Source of the DNA: Felis catus
Taxonomy: Eukaryota
Assembly (NCBI RefSeq): GCF_018350175.1
Contig: NC_058368.1
Location: 95,172,001 to 95,236,000, forward strand
Direction: 5' to 3'
Length of the DNA: 64,000 nucleotides
Within the stretch, counting starts at the first letter, position 1, and each line of letters starts with the position of its first letter. A model generated the notes under the pieces. That model was not told where the DNA came from and searched no databases. It saw only the letters and a program-made list of their open reading frames with translations. Both the position numbers and the translations under genes were made by a program. This document shows positions 24,451 to 37,611 of the stretch, in pieces.

Positions 24451-25304
24451 CCTCCTTCAAGCCTTGTGTCTCCTCCCAGCTAGGACCGAAAAATGCTTAG
24501 AGTGTCAGAAATAACTGCTGCCTACTAAGATCTCAGGATGATTTCCTTCGTTTCCAAATGGGGAGACAGACTGACCGGGAGACATGACCTCACCTCTTTG
24601 ACTCTTCACCGAATAGATGCTCTGCAATGCTGAATTAGACTGGCTCCCTACATGCATGGCGGAGTTTTATGCCTCCGTGTGTTGTGGGGGATGCAGACCC
24701 ATTTGTTCCTCAGGCTCCCCTTTACCTGGCTTGTTCCACTCTATGAAGGAACGGGTGCTATAAATCAGTCTCTCATAAGGACTGCCAGTGGCTAAAGATT
24801 TCATTATACCGTATCTTTAAAAAAAAATAAAGTCCCAGTGCATGTATTATGAAAATTCCAGAGGACCGCACAAGGCAGGAGTGGAACTGAGGATCAGGAC
24901 CAGTCCTGTAAGCAGCCTGCTTCTCGCTCTTACCCACATCCTGTGTTTCCATTTACTTGCCCGGGGGTGCTTTGGGCCACAGGAGAGACCCAGGCTCCTC
25001 ACTGGAAGGCTCTCTTCTCTCTCATGCTGCCCAGGCCATTGTGCTCAAATGCTCTGTCTTGACTCCGGTGCTACACCTGGATCATCAAACCAGAATGCTG
25101 AGACCTGTGGTTGGGGTTCTGCGCTGTTGGGATTCTAGGGTATTTCAACCATCCTAACCTAGATGAAGGCATTTTCCACGGGTCTAGCTTAGCTTCTGAC
25201 TTTATAGTAGGGGTTGAGGTTGGGAGGCGGGCAGGAAGCTCAGAAGAAAATATTAGCTAACCTTGCTTGGGCTTTTTTTGTGCACCTAGGCTCTTCAGAA
25301 ACCT

Positions 25305-25523
25305 GATTTATTTATTTATTTGTTTGTTTATTTACTTTTGAGACAGAGAGAGAACAGAACATGAGCTGAGGAGGGTAGAGAGAGGGAGACACAGAATCCG
25401 AAGCAGGCTCCAGGCTCTGAGCTGTCAGCACAGAGCCCGACACAGGGCTCGAACTCACGAGCTGTGAGATCATGGCCTGAGCTGAAGTTGGACACCCAAC
25501 CTACTGAGCCACCCGGGGGGCCC
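25305..25523 (-). mobile_element. Can-SINE with TSD
   Basis: Antisense body; TSD TCTTCAGAAACCT on both sides. Confidence 0.95.
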
Positions 25524-25639
25524 TTCTTCAGAAACCTTGGAGAGGAAGGACTGGAGAGGCCAAAACAGAATTTAGGTGCTATTACAGTTCCATTTCATGA
25601 TTATCCCTTATTAGCTTTCTGTAGGACTATCTCCTGGAA

Positions 25640-25942
25640 GGTCTTTGCTAATGCTTACAATCCTCTGCTAGCCCAAGTGAAATGTATCTTCTGTTGAGAC
25701 TCAGCTCAGTGATTACCAGCGCTGTGAGGCCTCTTTAGACCTGGCAGACAGACTGAATCCTTTTGTTTTTAGCAGCCCACGAGCTTGTCGACACAATAGA
25801 AATAGTACCACAGCCCTTAGCACAGTGCACCATAATGAGGTGTTTACTTATCTGGGTTTCCCACTACACGTTGACCTCCTTACAGGGAGTGACTACATCT
25901 TATTTCTGTCTTAATCCTCCACAGCTACATAAATATTTGCTA
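25640..25942 (+). mobile_element. L2 3' fragment
   Basis: CTCCTTACAGGG...ATCTTATTTCTGTCTT...ATAAATATTTGCT resembles the L2 3' terminus. Confidence 0.6.
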
Positions 25943-26104
25943 AACCCCATAGGATTCCCACCCCAATTCAAGGCAGTGCAGGGTTCTGTGATCTGAAGGA
26001 GCCCTTGGTTTTAAGATGCACTTTGATTTAATAGCTGTTTGGGGGTGGATATATTCGACGCACACGTGTGCATATTCCCTTAAGTTTACTGCTGATGAAA
26101 GGGG

Positions 26105-26336
26105 ATTCTGGAGCCCAGTTCCGTGGCGTGAACACTAGGGCCTCCCCCCTGGCAAACCCTGTGGTCTCGGGCGAGCGCCTTAACTCCCGTGCCTCCGTTT
26201 CCTCCTCGCTAAAACAGGACTGATAATTGTATCTACCTCATTGTGTCATTGTAAAGACTCATGAACTCTTGTAGAGCATTGAAAATGTATCACGGCACAC
26301 AGCCTGTGCTATTTAAATGTCTGCTATTATTATTAT
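26105..26336 (+). mobile_element. MIR
   Basis: GTGCCTCCGTTTCCTCCTCGCTAAAACAGGACTGATAAT core; ends GCTATTATTATT. Confidence 0.8.
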
Positions 26337-28020
26337 CCTGATGTCAGATACAGTGAAATGCAAAATTAAAAAAAAAATGTATACTGTAAACCCAAACAAT
26401 TTAACATTCTTAAAAGCTGGCTCCAACCAATTCTTAGTTCAGCAGCAGCCTCCAGAATCAGTCCTTCTTCTCTGGACACATAGAGGGTCACCCACAGGGT
26501 CCTTGCCTGCTTTTCTCACATTACCGTTTTCCTTCCTTCTCATCAGCCTTTATTTTCACCTGAAGGGCCAGCCCAGGGCCTTGTATGGTTCGTAACATCA
26601 GCTGGCAGGGAACGTAACAAACAGTAAACACCTAATAAAATAGCAAATGAACAAATGAATCACCACCAGAACCCACACACAACACCTGGAGTCGGTGACT
26701 GGATAGCATCCATTCAGATCCTTGGAGTTACAACCAACAGGTTAACAAGCCAGCACCCACCTTCTTGCTGCAACTCCAACAGGCACAGACTCCTATTTGG
26801 GGGACAGAGCTAAAGGGGTCCCAGGTTGTACATATGTCTTGTGCCTGTTTCCTCCCTTCTTTGCCTTTACCCTTATCCAAGCTGAGATGTGGACAGATGT
26901 CTCCATGCTCGTCTTCGTTATTAATCTAGTTTTTTTTTTTCCTCTTTTTGCTTTCTGCCTGCCATCCCACTGCCCTCACATCCTCTCGTGGCCTGTGCGC
27001 ATGACAACTGTCTCCCCATCCTCTATACGTCCAGAATATTCAATTGACCATATAGACGTTAGATGTTGTCTTTCTTACTTACGTGCCTTGCCCCGTGAAG
27101 GTAAGAGTTTGCCTGTGTTATCACCTCACAACTCTTCCAAGTGCTACGACTGGACACCATTTAACTAATACTTGGGCTGAAATATCGGTACTGCCTTGTG
27201 TGACTTGTTTTATGAGAGATAAAGGGTGTAGGTCATATGGCCAAGTATAGTCATTCATTCTTACAGTTGTTAAACACCGATAGAGCCTATGTGACCAGTT
27301 GAGTGGCAGAAGTTGACGGTCTGACTGGGGACACAAGATTAAAAGGTATTAAAACACATCATTACTCACAAACTTGTTTGACATGGCAGTGTGGATGTTT
27401 GATGAAGGGCCCATCCCCTGGGGGAGGATCTGAGTGGTCACAGCTGACTTTTACGAAGATGGGGGGCCTTTCCTGACTTTGAAGGACTGGAAGGTTCAAG
27501 CCAGTGATGGGCAGGTAGTCAGGTATTCGAGAAGAGGAGTGTGGCAGAGAGGCAGGAACGAGCATGCTGTCTGTGGGAGTGAGACCAGTTTGACGGGAAT
27601 GAGAACAGGAAGTTTGAATGCTATGTCCAGGTATTTGATGTAGACTGAATCAGGTTTCTGAGAGGGGAGTGATGTGATAGAATCAGTCAGGAGAAGATAT
27701 CTAATTAAGGTTTGAAAATACCATTGAAGGATAGGAAGCCTAGCCCTGGGGAGGCCAGCTGGGAACCCCACGGTGAATGGGTCAAGAGGGCAGTGTGGGA
27801 GTAGAGCAAAAACATGGGCATGAAGACACTCATGAAGAAAAGCAGAAACTCACAGATCATCCTTCTTGTTATTTGGTTAGACTCCCAGCACATTTTCTTG
27901 CCTGTGGGAGGCCTAGAGTTGCCTTTACTTCACAATTAGTCTGCCCCACCCCCATCACTCCTTACCCCAATTTATAAGCTATTCGCATAGAGTGCAACCA
28001 TGTCCTAGTGTGGTAAGCGG

Positions 28021-28559
28021 TATGATGGTTAATTGTACCTGTCAACTTGCCTGGGCTACAGGTTTCCCAGATAGCAGATTAAACATTATTTATAAGCATG
28101 CCATGAGGGTGTTTCTGAAAAAGGTTAGCATTTGAATTGGTGGTCTCAGTAAAGAAGATTGCCCTCCCCAGTGGGCATCCATTCTGTCAATGGCCTAAAT
28201 AGAACTAAAGGTGGAGGAAGAAGGAATTCAGCACCACCATCCCCTCTATTTTCCTCATTCCTTGAGCTGAGACATCTCATTTCATCTTCCCTTGACCTTG
28301 GACTGGGATTGACCCCAACAGTCTCCTGATTTTCAGGCCTTCCGGCTCAGATTGAATTATGCCGCCAGCTTTCCTGGGTTTCCAGCTTGGAGACGGCAGA
28401 CCTCGGGACTTCTCAGCCTCTTTAATCTCTTAAACTAATTCCTCATAATTGCTCTCTGTCTATATTTGAGTAGGTAGGTAGGTAGATAGGTAGGTAGGTT
28501 TGTAGGTAGGTAGGTAGGTAGACTGATTTCTGTTTCTCTGGGGAATTCCAGCTAATACA
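28021..28559 (+). mobile_element. ERVL solo LTR (MLT2 family) with internal (TAGG)n
   Basis: TATGATGGTTAATTGTACCTGTCAACTTG start; ends TTCTGTTTCTCTGGGGAATTCCAGCTAATACA. Confidence 0.88.
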
Positions 28560-29780
28560 GGTGGGGAAAATTCAATCATACAAACCATGGGTTTCTTTTA
28601 TTGGCTTATGTGAGGATGGTGATGGGCATTAATGAAAGGACCAGGGAGACCCACACAGCTGGCTGGCTGGACTTTCTGTGAATCACCTTTGTTCCAGTCC
28701 AATATGGTATCATGAGTGACAGATGTCTAAAACTCTTACCTTCTCTGCCACTCCCCTCCCCACTTGTAGCAAGAAGAGAGGAACTAGACCTGGATCCAAC
28801 TAATAATATCCCTTCCCCTATTTCCCTTCATGCTCAATTTTGTTGTGTATCTTTGTGACTTGTTAATTCCCCTAGAAGACAGCTTATTGGAGCTGGTCTG
28901 GTAAGGACTTGGCTTTCTCAGACACATTTAGAAATTTGGCAAACATCATCACTGGTATTTTTTCCCATAATTCCGAACTTTAAAGGTATTTTAGCCTGCC
29001 ATGATGGTTAGCCTTCCTTAAAGCTGCCAGTTCTCTCTGCTGTCCTTTGATGGTGATCAGTCTTCTCTCTCCCCTGAAGTTCAGCTTCCTTTGAGGTTAT
29101 GCCATGCCTTTTCCCTTTTCTTCATGCCACTAAGCAATGGTCCAAAGAGATGAATGAGTAAATGACTCCCCTGAAGTGCGAATTGCAGTAAAGAGCTCAT
29201 AAAACACAACATAACCTTTTTGATTGATGGTGATTGTTCAAGAACTAAAAATCTGTGTTCACAAGTATGGAGAGAAGGAAATTGGAATATGAGGGTAGAT
29301 GTAGCTTAAGCCTTCAGTCTAGTTATATAGACTTCAGGTCAAATGAATGGAAGATGGGCAAGTTGACATTGTGTCACGGTCGCAGAATTGTAGACTTGAG
29401 GGTTCATCTACTCAGATCTTCCCATGAACATGAAAAGGAACAAGTGACTTGCCCAAGATAACTGCTATCAGGTGATGGTGCCTGAAAAAAGTCCGGGATG
29501 GGCGATCCCTAAATCTGCTCTCGGGCTGCTGCATTTGAGACCACCTCCACCAGAGACCCCTCCGGAGCTGTATACCTGCTGTTAGACCTTTCGGTGCCCA
29601 AACTACTCTTGGTCCAAAGTCTTTGGCCAACAGCTCTTCTAGAGCTTTGCCAGGTGATGAAACAGAGAAAAAAGAAGTGTCAGCAGTAGAAGAAAGATTA
29701 TGGATGGAAGGAGAGGCCAGGAAGTGTGGGACTGGGACTCCCTTAGAGACACTGAGAACCAAGGTCCTGGTGAGCCACCT

Positions 29781-30042
29781 TGTTATGGACTGAACGTGTG
29801 TGTCCCTGACCCGCAATGTGATGGTATATGAGGTCAGGCGAGTGGGTCCCCATGATGGGATTTACAGTAGAATAAAGAGACCCGGAGTTCTTTCAGTGTA
29901 CATCTGAGGACACACTGAGAAGGCAGCTGTCTACAGTTGCCTTTTGGACCTCTCAGTCTCTAGAACTGTGAGCAATAAATGTGTGCTGTTCAAGCCACCC
30001 GGTCTATAGGATTTTGTTGTAGCAACTTGAGCAGACTAAGAC
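29781..30042 (+). mobile_element. MaLR solo LTR (MLT1A/B-like), internally deleted
   Basis: TGTTATGGACTGAACGTGTGTGTCCC start; AGAACTGTGAGCAATAAAT...AAGCCACCC...GACTAAGACA end. Confidence 0.85.
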
Positions 30043-30779
30043 ACAGGTCTATGAGCTGAGTGTTTGAAGAGCCCTCTTCTGCTGCTGGAACAGAAAAGAA
30101 ATCAAAGTTTCCAGTGAGCCAGATATTCTGAAGGATATTTGCCAATGTATTCAGAGATTTTTGTTTTCAGGGACGTATTTGAACTGGGACATGATAAAAG
30201 TGGACCCTCCCTCCACCCCCCCACCCCCCCACCCCCCCCCACCCCCCGAGTGTGGAAAGGCAGGGAAAATTATCTTCAGAGAGAGAAGAAAGAAGCAGCC
30301 TCACAGATCAGTGCAAAGGCAAGAACTGAACCCTCGGAGCTGGAGGTTGGAATATCTGTTCGTGGCAGCTTGCCAGTCCCGGCCTTAATCCCCATGTTCT
30401 TCCTGTTTTACTTAAACTAATTTAAGTGAGTTTTGATTCTTGCAACCAGATCGTCCCTGGCTAATATCTGGAATCACTAATTGCAATTCTTCACCTTCCT
30501 TCTCCTACAGACCGAAACCCCTTATCTGAGAAAATAAAGGAAGCCCAAATAACCAACAATTCTGCAGCAGCAATAGGGCTATTCAGCTGTTCGCTTTTGT
30601 GAAATTCTGGCCTTGTTACCTGTTTGCAAAGTGGCCGACGTGTCTGTCATCTATACAGTTATTTCTATATCAAGATGCACTTTGAGTTCCCGACATCCAG
30701 GTTAATAATTTTTTGAACTTGCTTAAAAATTAGTGTCTGTGTACCTGTGTGAGGTAGGTTGGTCCATTGGTAGGTTAAT

Positions 30780-30995
30780 GGTATAGTGTAGAGACCAGGG
30801 ATGGGTTTTTGGTCTCTGGTGGCTGAGTCACTAATAGCTGCAGTACTCTGGCGAAGTCTTTTCAAGTTCTTTGAATATCCGTTTCTTTGATAATCCCTAA
30901 AATGGCGACAGCGATATTCTCACCATTGGATTGTTATGAGGAGTAAATGACAGTCTACATAAAACATCACTGTTTGACACGTAATAGATTCACAA
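30780..30995 (+). mobile_element. MIR, degenerate
   Basis: TAAAATGGCGACAGCGATA...GATTGTTATGAGGAGTAAATGA resembles MIR 3' half. Confidence 0.6.
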
Positions 30996-31008
30996 TGAAT
31001 GGTCAATT

Positions 31009-31014
31009 CTTCTC

Positions 31015-31046
<32 letters not shown>

Positions 31047-31048
31047 TT
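31009..31048. repeat. (CT)n plus poly-T
   Basis: Directly visible. Confidence 0.9.
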
Positions 31049-32164
31049 ACCATGGCCAGATGAGTTCTACCCATTGACATAAATGATCATTTTCTCCGTT
31101 TGTGAGAACTTCAAATACATCCACTGTTTGGTTTATTTTTGCTAAGTTCAAAACAGATGAAAGTTGACTTTCACATAACTGGTAACCCTCTTTCAAAGTA
31201 TATTGTCTCTTGTATTGTTTCAAAAAAGCCCTGGATTATTCCTGACCTTAGGAAGAGAAGACAGTTTCTTTTTTATTTTATTTTATTTTTCCCCGAAAGC
31301 AGTTGACTCAATGTAAATCATGACTCAAAGAGTTACCGGTAAATGATTTCTGTGTTTTATAGAATGATGGCCACAGCATGGAGGTGTGAGATGTTTAGGG
31401 AAGCGACAGGGATGGTACCCTCTTAGATTCTTTTTACAGTCGGCTGGAGGGATTCTGATTTGATTTAGGTACGATTTAGTTTGTAACGGGATTAAACTTT
31501 GCACTCCATTAAAAACCAATCAGCTGACTTGCCCCGCAGGAATTCTGCTTTTATGAAGAAGACTTCATTTCAGAGCCGCCAAACCCTCCCCTTTTTTTTT
31601 CTTCTGGACGAGCTATTTAGCCTACAGCTTTCCTGGTTTCCCTTATTGGTGTCTCCATATCTAAATTTGAATAAGGACATGAGTAAATTATAGAATCCCT
31701 GTTGGCTATGGTTTTGTTCTTTGGAGTGGAGATGAATTTCTTAAAAGTTCTTTTCATCCCTTATCCTGTGAATTCTACCACTGGAGAAGTTGAGAATTAC
31801 TACGGAGGGTGAAAGAGTCTGGGTTTAAGAAGAGAATTGGAATCTGTTTTCATAGCAGATGTAAAATAATTACCATGCCGAATATTGGGAGAAACAGCTT
31901 GGTGACTCAAAACGGGACCAGAGAACACACATGATTGATTCTGAGGATGTAAAGCCCATACCCTATTTCTTCTGTACTTTTCATGGACCTGCACATATGT
32001 CTGGGCTTGATAAATGTACCTTTTGATAACATAGCCTGTCAACGCATGGACTGTAGTCAAGCTTTTACATGTGAGTGTGCCTCTGGACATTTATTGGAGG
32101 AGGTCAGTCCTCATAGTTTTGGAAGAGTAATAATATTAACAGCAGAAATAAGACTTTAAAAAAT

Positions 32165-32405
32165 GGCAAGAATAATGAGGCCCATCGCTCTTTCATTAAG
32201 CACTTAACTTTATGCCCAGTACTGTACCAAGTATGTGGGATGCTCATTTGCCTTGTTCAATACTCAGAGGCACCCTATGAAATAGGTTCCATTCTTCTCT
32301 CCTCTTTGCCATCGCTGAAAATCCCATTAAGTTACTTGCCCAGGGTCACGTAGCTAGTAAGTGGCACAGTGAGCTTCAAACCTGGGCAGTCCATACTCCT
32401 GGGCA
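32165..32405 (-). mobile_element. MIR
   Basis: CACCCTATGAAATAGGT...AAGTTACTTGCCCAGGGTCACGTAGCTAGTAAGTGGCA. Confidence 0.78.
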
Positions 32406-34289
32406 ATATGTACTTGGTACCCAATTGCACAGAAGATACTGGGTTAGCAAAGTCAGACTGAACTGATTAGTGATGTGGGAACTATTTAGCAGATAGGAAA
32501 TTTAGAGCAGTTGGAAATACCTCCGTTAGTGACAGATGTTGTTGAACATGAAAGTTCTTACAGACTGCCTGCTTCATTGGTCAAACTCAATTTTAGAAAA
32601 GGTGCTGATTCACCGACACAGTTGTTTTGCATTATGACCAGATGCTTATTCAATACTTGAGAATGTTTCCTCTTGATTCAGTCTAGTGGGAAATTAACAA
32701 GTGATTTGGGGGAAAAAGCATAAAAATACGAAAGGGCCGGGGTAGGGTACAGATAATAATCTTGTTCATAAAGGAGCTGCCAACTGCCCTCCCCCCCCCC
32801 CCCCACTCCCTCGCCTCCCAAGGCATCCCAGTTGCTTTGTCTTGATTGACACAAAACTCTGTTGTTTGAGTTACGGTTGCCAAGTGACTCTTTGGCATTT
32901 TCATAGCCAGGAAGTGCTGGGAAATACGGCTCCAACATTTCCTTGTATTATTTTAGTAGTAATTAGGAGTAAAAGTTATTTTTAGCCTTCTGGCGGTAAT
33001 TATTTATGGCAGCTTCTATTTTAACTTTGTAAATAAAGTTCTATTTCCTGGATGCCTGGGATGAGAAGTTTATGACATACACTAGAAGACCGAGGAGATT
33101 TCTGTGTGGTTTTTATGAGACAAATTCCGGGATTGAGGAGCAGTAAATTCTTCATGGAAAAACATTTTTCAGTGGGAACATATATGGGAAAAGTTGCTCA
33201 CTACAACCCATTATTACCCATGAAAACACAGCACTTTCCTTGTGTTGATTGTCTAACATGTACAAAGAAGGGTGATTTCTATGGAATCAGGAAAATCCCC
33301 ACTTTGTTCTGGCATATTAGTATATGTTGCTTTGGCTCTAAATCTTGGTTACACACTCACTCTTGTTCTATTTTAGTATACTGAGTATATTTCGTCTTTG
33401 ACTCAAGCAAGAATTCATGAGGATATCACAGGGTGCCTGTGTATTCGTTTTCTTGCTGTTGTAGAATGTTACTCACTTTTTGTTTCACTGACCCTTGTTC
33501 TCTTTTATAATTTCCTTGGCTCTCACCTGGGAAGGAAGGGCTTGGTTAACATCAAACCATTCGTTATGTCTGGGGTACACTTGCTCTGTGATAAGCACTG
33601 TGAAAGGGACTCAGAAGTGAACCAGACACCGTCTGTCCCCTCCAGGATATGGTAGCAGAGGAGTCATCAGTGACAGTCCTACAAGGGAAGGAGGAAGATA
33701 GAATGAGAAAGAAGAGGCCTTCTTAAAATACGCATAGTCACTTGGAAATCCACTCTGCTTCTCTCCAAAGTTTTAGGGTAGAAATATTGACTTCTTGTCC
33801 ATAGAATCTGCGGCAGAAATATCAATGAATTAGGGCGTATTGACTTCTACCTTTGGGAACTTTCAGAACTGAATGTTTCATATTCTGTTCCCTTGGTAGG
33901 TTAAAAAATGCTTTGCTTACTTGACATATTGCCTAAGTTAACAGTTTCTGAAAAGCACTAATTGACTTATCAGAAGCAATTTCTAAATGCACAGCAAATG
34001 CAAAGTCAAAGAAATCTGCAGGAAATTCAGTGCCGTGCGCTTTTAACATGCCCCTAAAACGTGGGGTTTAAGCGTGTTTTTTCCTCCTGGGTTAAGGAGA
34101 CGAGATGGGCTTGAAGCTAATACAGAACAGAACCGTTTATGGTTTTGTTTGTGCTCTGCTCCATTCTCGTGGCCTTTAAGTACACTTGTTTGTATTTGGG
34201 TTGAACAAGGGAGGTGATTATTTCTTCAGCATGTGACCCTTTCCGTTTCAAATGTACACACAGGCTTTTCTCATTCATCTCTATGAGGT

Positions 34290-34770
34290 CATAGAGATAT
34301 GCCCTCAACCAGTAAGTTACTGAAGTTTGGACTTAGTTTTGGAACCGGGGGTAGGGGTGGGGGTGTGGGGGAGGGTGTACCAGTCAAATCTCCATCCACT
34401 CAGACGTTAGCATGCCTCCATTCCTTACTGGCTATTGGCTGGAGGCTTCAGTGTTCTCAACACGTCCATGTGTCCAGAGGGCAGCTCAAAACATGGCAGC
34501 TTGCTTCCCCCACAGGAAGTGATGTGGGGAAGGGGGAAAGACAGAAAGAAAAAAAAAAAGGAAAGGATTGAGATTGGATTAAAAAACAAGAGAGTGCCCC
34601 CAAAGCCACAGTCTTAGAGCCGGATCTCAGAAGTGACATATCGTGACTTCTGCCATGTTCTGTTGACCACACCGATCAAATCTGATACGGTTGAGGAGGA
34701 GGCTATCTGGGGGCTGTGAATCCCCGGAAGCAGGGATCATTGGTGGACATCTTGGAGACTGGCTACCATA
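34290..34770 (-). mobile_element. MaLR solo LTR (MLT1 family)
   Basis: Reverse strand begins TATGGTAGCCAGTCTCCAAGATGTCCACCAATGATCCC, like MLT1E/F 5' ends. Left boundary approximate. Confidence 0.7.
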
Positions 34771-34919
34771 GGATGCTGTTTACAGTTCAGGAAACTTTCT
34801 GGTAAAATTGTACTGTTTGTACTATGTTGGTAAAGGGTATAGTAAGAATAGGATGTTCAGTGTTGCTTATGTTTAGTGTTATCTTTAATTGCGGACGTTT
34901 GAAATGGTGGGACTATGTT

Positions 34920-35140
34920 GGGCCCGTGGGTGGCTCAGTCGGTTAAGCATCTGACTTCGGCTCAGGTCATGATCTCACGGTCTGTGGGTTCGAGCCTGTG
35001 TTGGGCTCTGTGCTGACAGCTCAGGGCCTGGAGCCTGCTTCAGATTCTGTGTCTCCCTCTCTCTCTGCCCCTCCCCCTCTCACGCCGTCTCTGTCTCAAA
35101 AATAATTAAGCATTAACAAATTTTTTTAAAAAAAAAAAAC
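34920..35140 (+). mobile_element. Can-SINE
   Basis: Head, B-box, CT tract, A-tail. Confidence 0.96.
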
Positions 35141-35980
35141 AAATGCTGAGACAATGTTTTATTATTATGCTTGCAGTCTGATGCTTTTGAACGCAAGATT
35201 TTCAACTTCATTAAACAAATAGTTGACAGTGCATCTCGGAGAATGTCGGCTTATAACTGGTTGCTGACACACATATTGCATCCATGGGGTGAAGTGTCCA
35301 TATAATGCATGCACACTTTAACATAGCTTCATATACCTGGGAACTTTTTGCTCATATTAATTTATGGGATGTAAACTTCCTTATTCTTTACTCTCCCAAA
35401 GTCAATTATATTTTCTTTGGAATCGTCTCGAATTTGCTACAGCTCTGTGCAAGAATAAATTCGCAAATGGCCTATATTGCAAGTACCTTACCTAAACCCA
35501 TTTGACGGACTTGTGCTGCTTGAGGCCGTGGTGCCTCGATTGTGTTTTGTGGAGCAGAAGCAAGTACATGTGATGATAGGTCCTGACCCCACTACACTAC
35601 ATTCCATCAGCTATTTTTTTCTGTTAGTTAATATCATTTGGAGAATGGTGTTTAGATGGGCTATGAAAGAAGCAGAGACATTGAGAGACAATGAAATCGT
35701 GTTAGGACACTAAACAAAGCCTTGTGTTGTGGAACAGAATAAACGCTCGGGAGCTTGAAGGGTTGGAAGAGAGAGTGTGTTCTGGCCATTAAGTAAATCA
35801 CATTGAGCTTGGTTTTCATTTCCTTTAATCCTGGAACGGATGAGGAGGTTGGCATCCTGGAGAAACACAAATGAGGGCTTGAGGTGATAGGGAGGGGCTC
35901 TGGGATTTGACACCTCCTACCTTGAGGTTAAGTGGTAATAGGAGGCAAACCAAGTGCATGTGATAGGATATCACAATTTT

Positions 35981-36170
35981 GGGGCACCTGGATGGCTCAT
36001 TTGGTTAAGCGTCTGACTCTTGATTGTGACTCAGGTCACGTTCTCAGGGTTTCTCAGTTCAAGCCCCATGTCAGGCTCAGCGCTGACAGCACGAAGCCTG
36101 TTTGGGATTCTCTCTCTCTGCTCCTCCCGGCCTTGCTCTCTCTGTCTCTCAAAAAAGAAAAAAAAAAAAA
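35981..36170 (+). mobile_element. Can-SINE
   Basis: GGGGCACCTGGATGGCTCA head, CT tract, A-tail. Confidence 0.95.
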
Positions 36171-36583
36171 TTATCAGTTTCTTCAAGAGGGTACTCTGTC
36201 CAGCCCTTGGAATATGACAGCTGTTGTGGGAAGGAACATGGCACATGACTATGACCCTTCTTCAAGGGTACTGTGTCTTTCTTGGGAAGAAGTTGTTTAG
36301 AGTGAAAGATCTCATTCAGAATCCAGTGATGGACTGGTCAGGCAGGGTTGATCAAAGCAGGCATATCTTGAGGCTATACTAGAATCTCTAGCAATGTTGG
36401 TCATATACCTTCTGTAGCTTCTGGAATCTCAGGTTCCAGAAGGTTTTATTACACTAACCCTTTGTCTATAGTCTCTGATGCTATCTAGTTGACTTCTTGG
36501 ATCATTGGCAGAGGTGAATCACTTTTAGGTCTCTTTAGAAAAATAATCCATGATTACAAATATAAGTTAGATGTAAAAATATA

Positions 36584-36790
36584 GGGTGCCTGGGTGGCTC
36601 AGTTGGTTGAGCATCCGACTCTTGATTTTGGTTCAGGTCAAGATCCCAGGGTCGTGGGATCGAGCCCCACGTCGGGCTGTCCCTGAGCATGAAGCCTGCT
36701 TAAGATTCACTCTCTCTCTCTCTGTCTCTCTCTCTCCCTCTGCCCCTCTTCCCGGTTTGTGCTCTCCCTCTCTCTCTCTCAAAAAACAAT
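36584..36790 (+). mobile_element. Can-SINE with TSD
   Basis: Full body; flanks TTAGATGTAAAAATA / TTAGATGTTAAAATA. Confidence 0.95.
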
Positions 36791-37421
36791 TAGATGTTAA
36801 AATAAATATTAATTTCGAATAAGAAAAGAAATCACAACAAATCATACATTTAAAACAGCTATCAAATACCACTAACATCACAAATCCAGTTAAAAAAGCC
36901 AGAATAGCTTCTGGATCCAAGCATTGTCCAACTTTTTTCTCTTTTCCAACCAACAAACGTTTGGTGCTGAACACCATGGGAGAAATTCATCTCATAATAT
37001 TATTTCAGACTTTGTCCCTTCATGAACCAACACTGGGAGAATTTTCACTGTGGGTGATTGGGCCATCTCTGAAGTCACTGTTATTCTGGCATGACTAGTG
37101 ATCACTTAACTATACACAGTTAAACCCCTGAAAACCTCATAAATATGTCATCCTAAACCCAAGCCAAGGGATCGCCAACTCGACTTTCCCTTCTTAGATA
37201 CTCAGCATGAGCACAGCCACTCTGGGGCCTCCCAACATGAGGGGAAGTATGATGGAGAGTAAGTCAGAGTGGACAATAGTTTCTTTCCATGGTAATTAAA
37301 GGACTTTGCTTTTACAAGTTTTGTAAAAACACGTGACCATGAGAATACATACTTAAGGTCCCTCTCAAGGTCTGTGCAAAGTGAGGGGTCTTGAAGCTTA
37401 AATGGCATTGGCTTCATTGGA

Positions 37422-37611
37422 GGGGAGCCCGGGTGGCTCAGTCGGAGGAGCGTCCAACTCTTGATATCAGCTCAGGTCATGACTTCATGGTTCACGGGAT
37501 CAAGCCCTGCGTCTGGCTCTGTGCTGACAGTGCAGAGACTACTTAGGGTAATCTCTCTCCCTCTCTCTCTTTGCCCCCCACCCCCTTCAGAATAAATAAT
37601 TTTTTAAAAAA
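37422..37611 (+). mobile_element. Can-SINE
   Basis: Head, CT tract, AATAAA; TCATTGG on both flanks. Confidence 0.93.
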
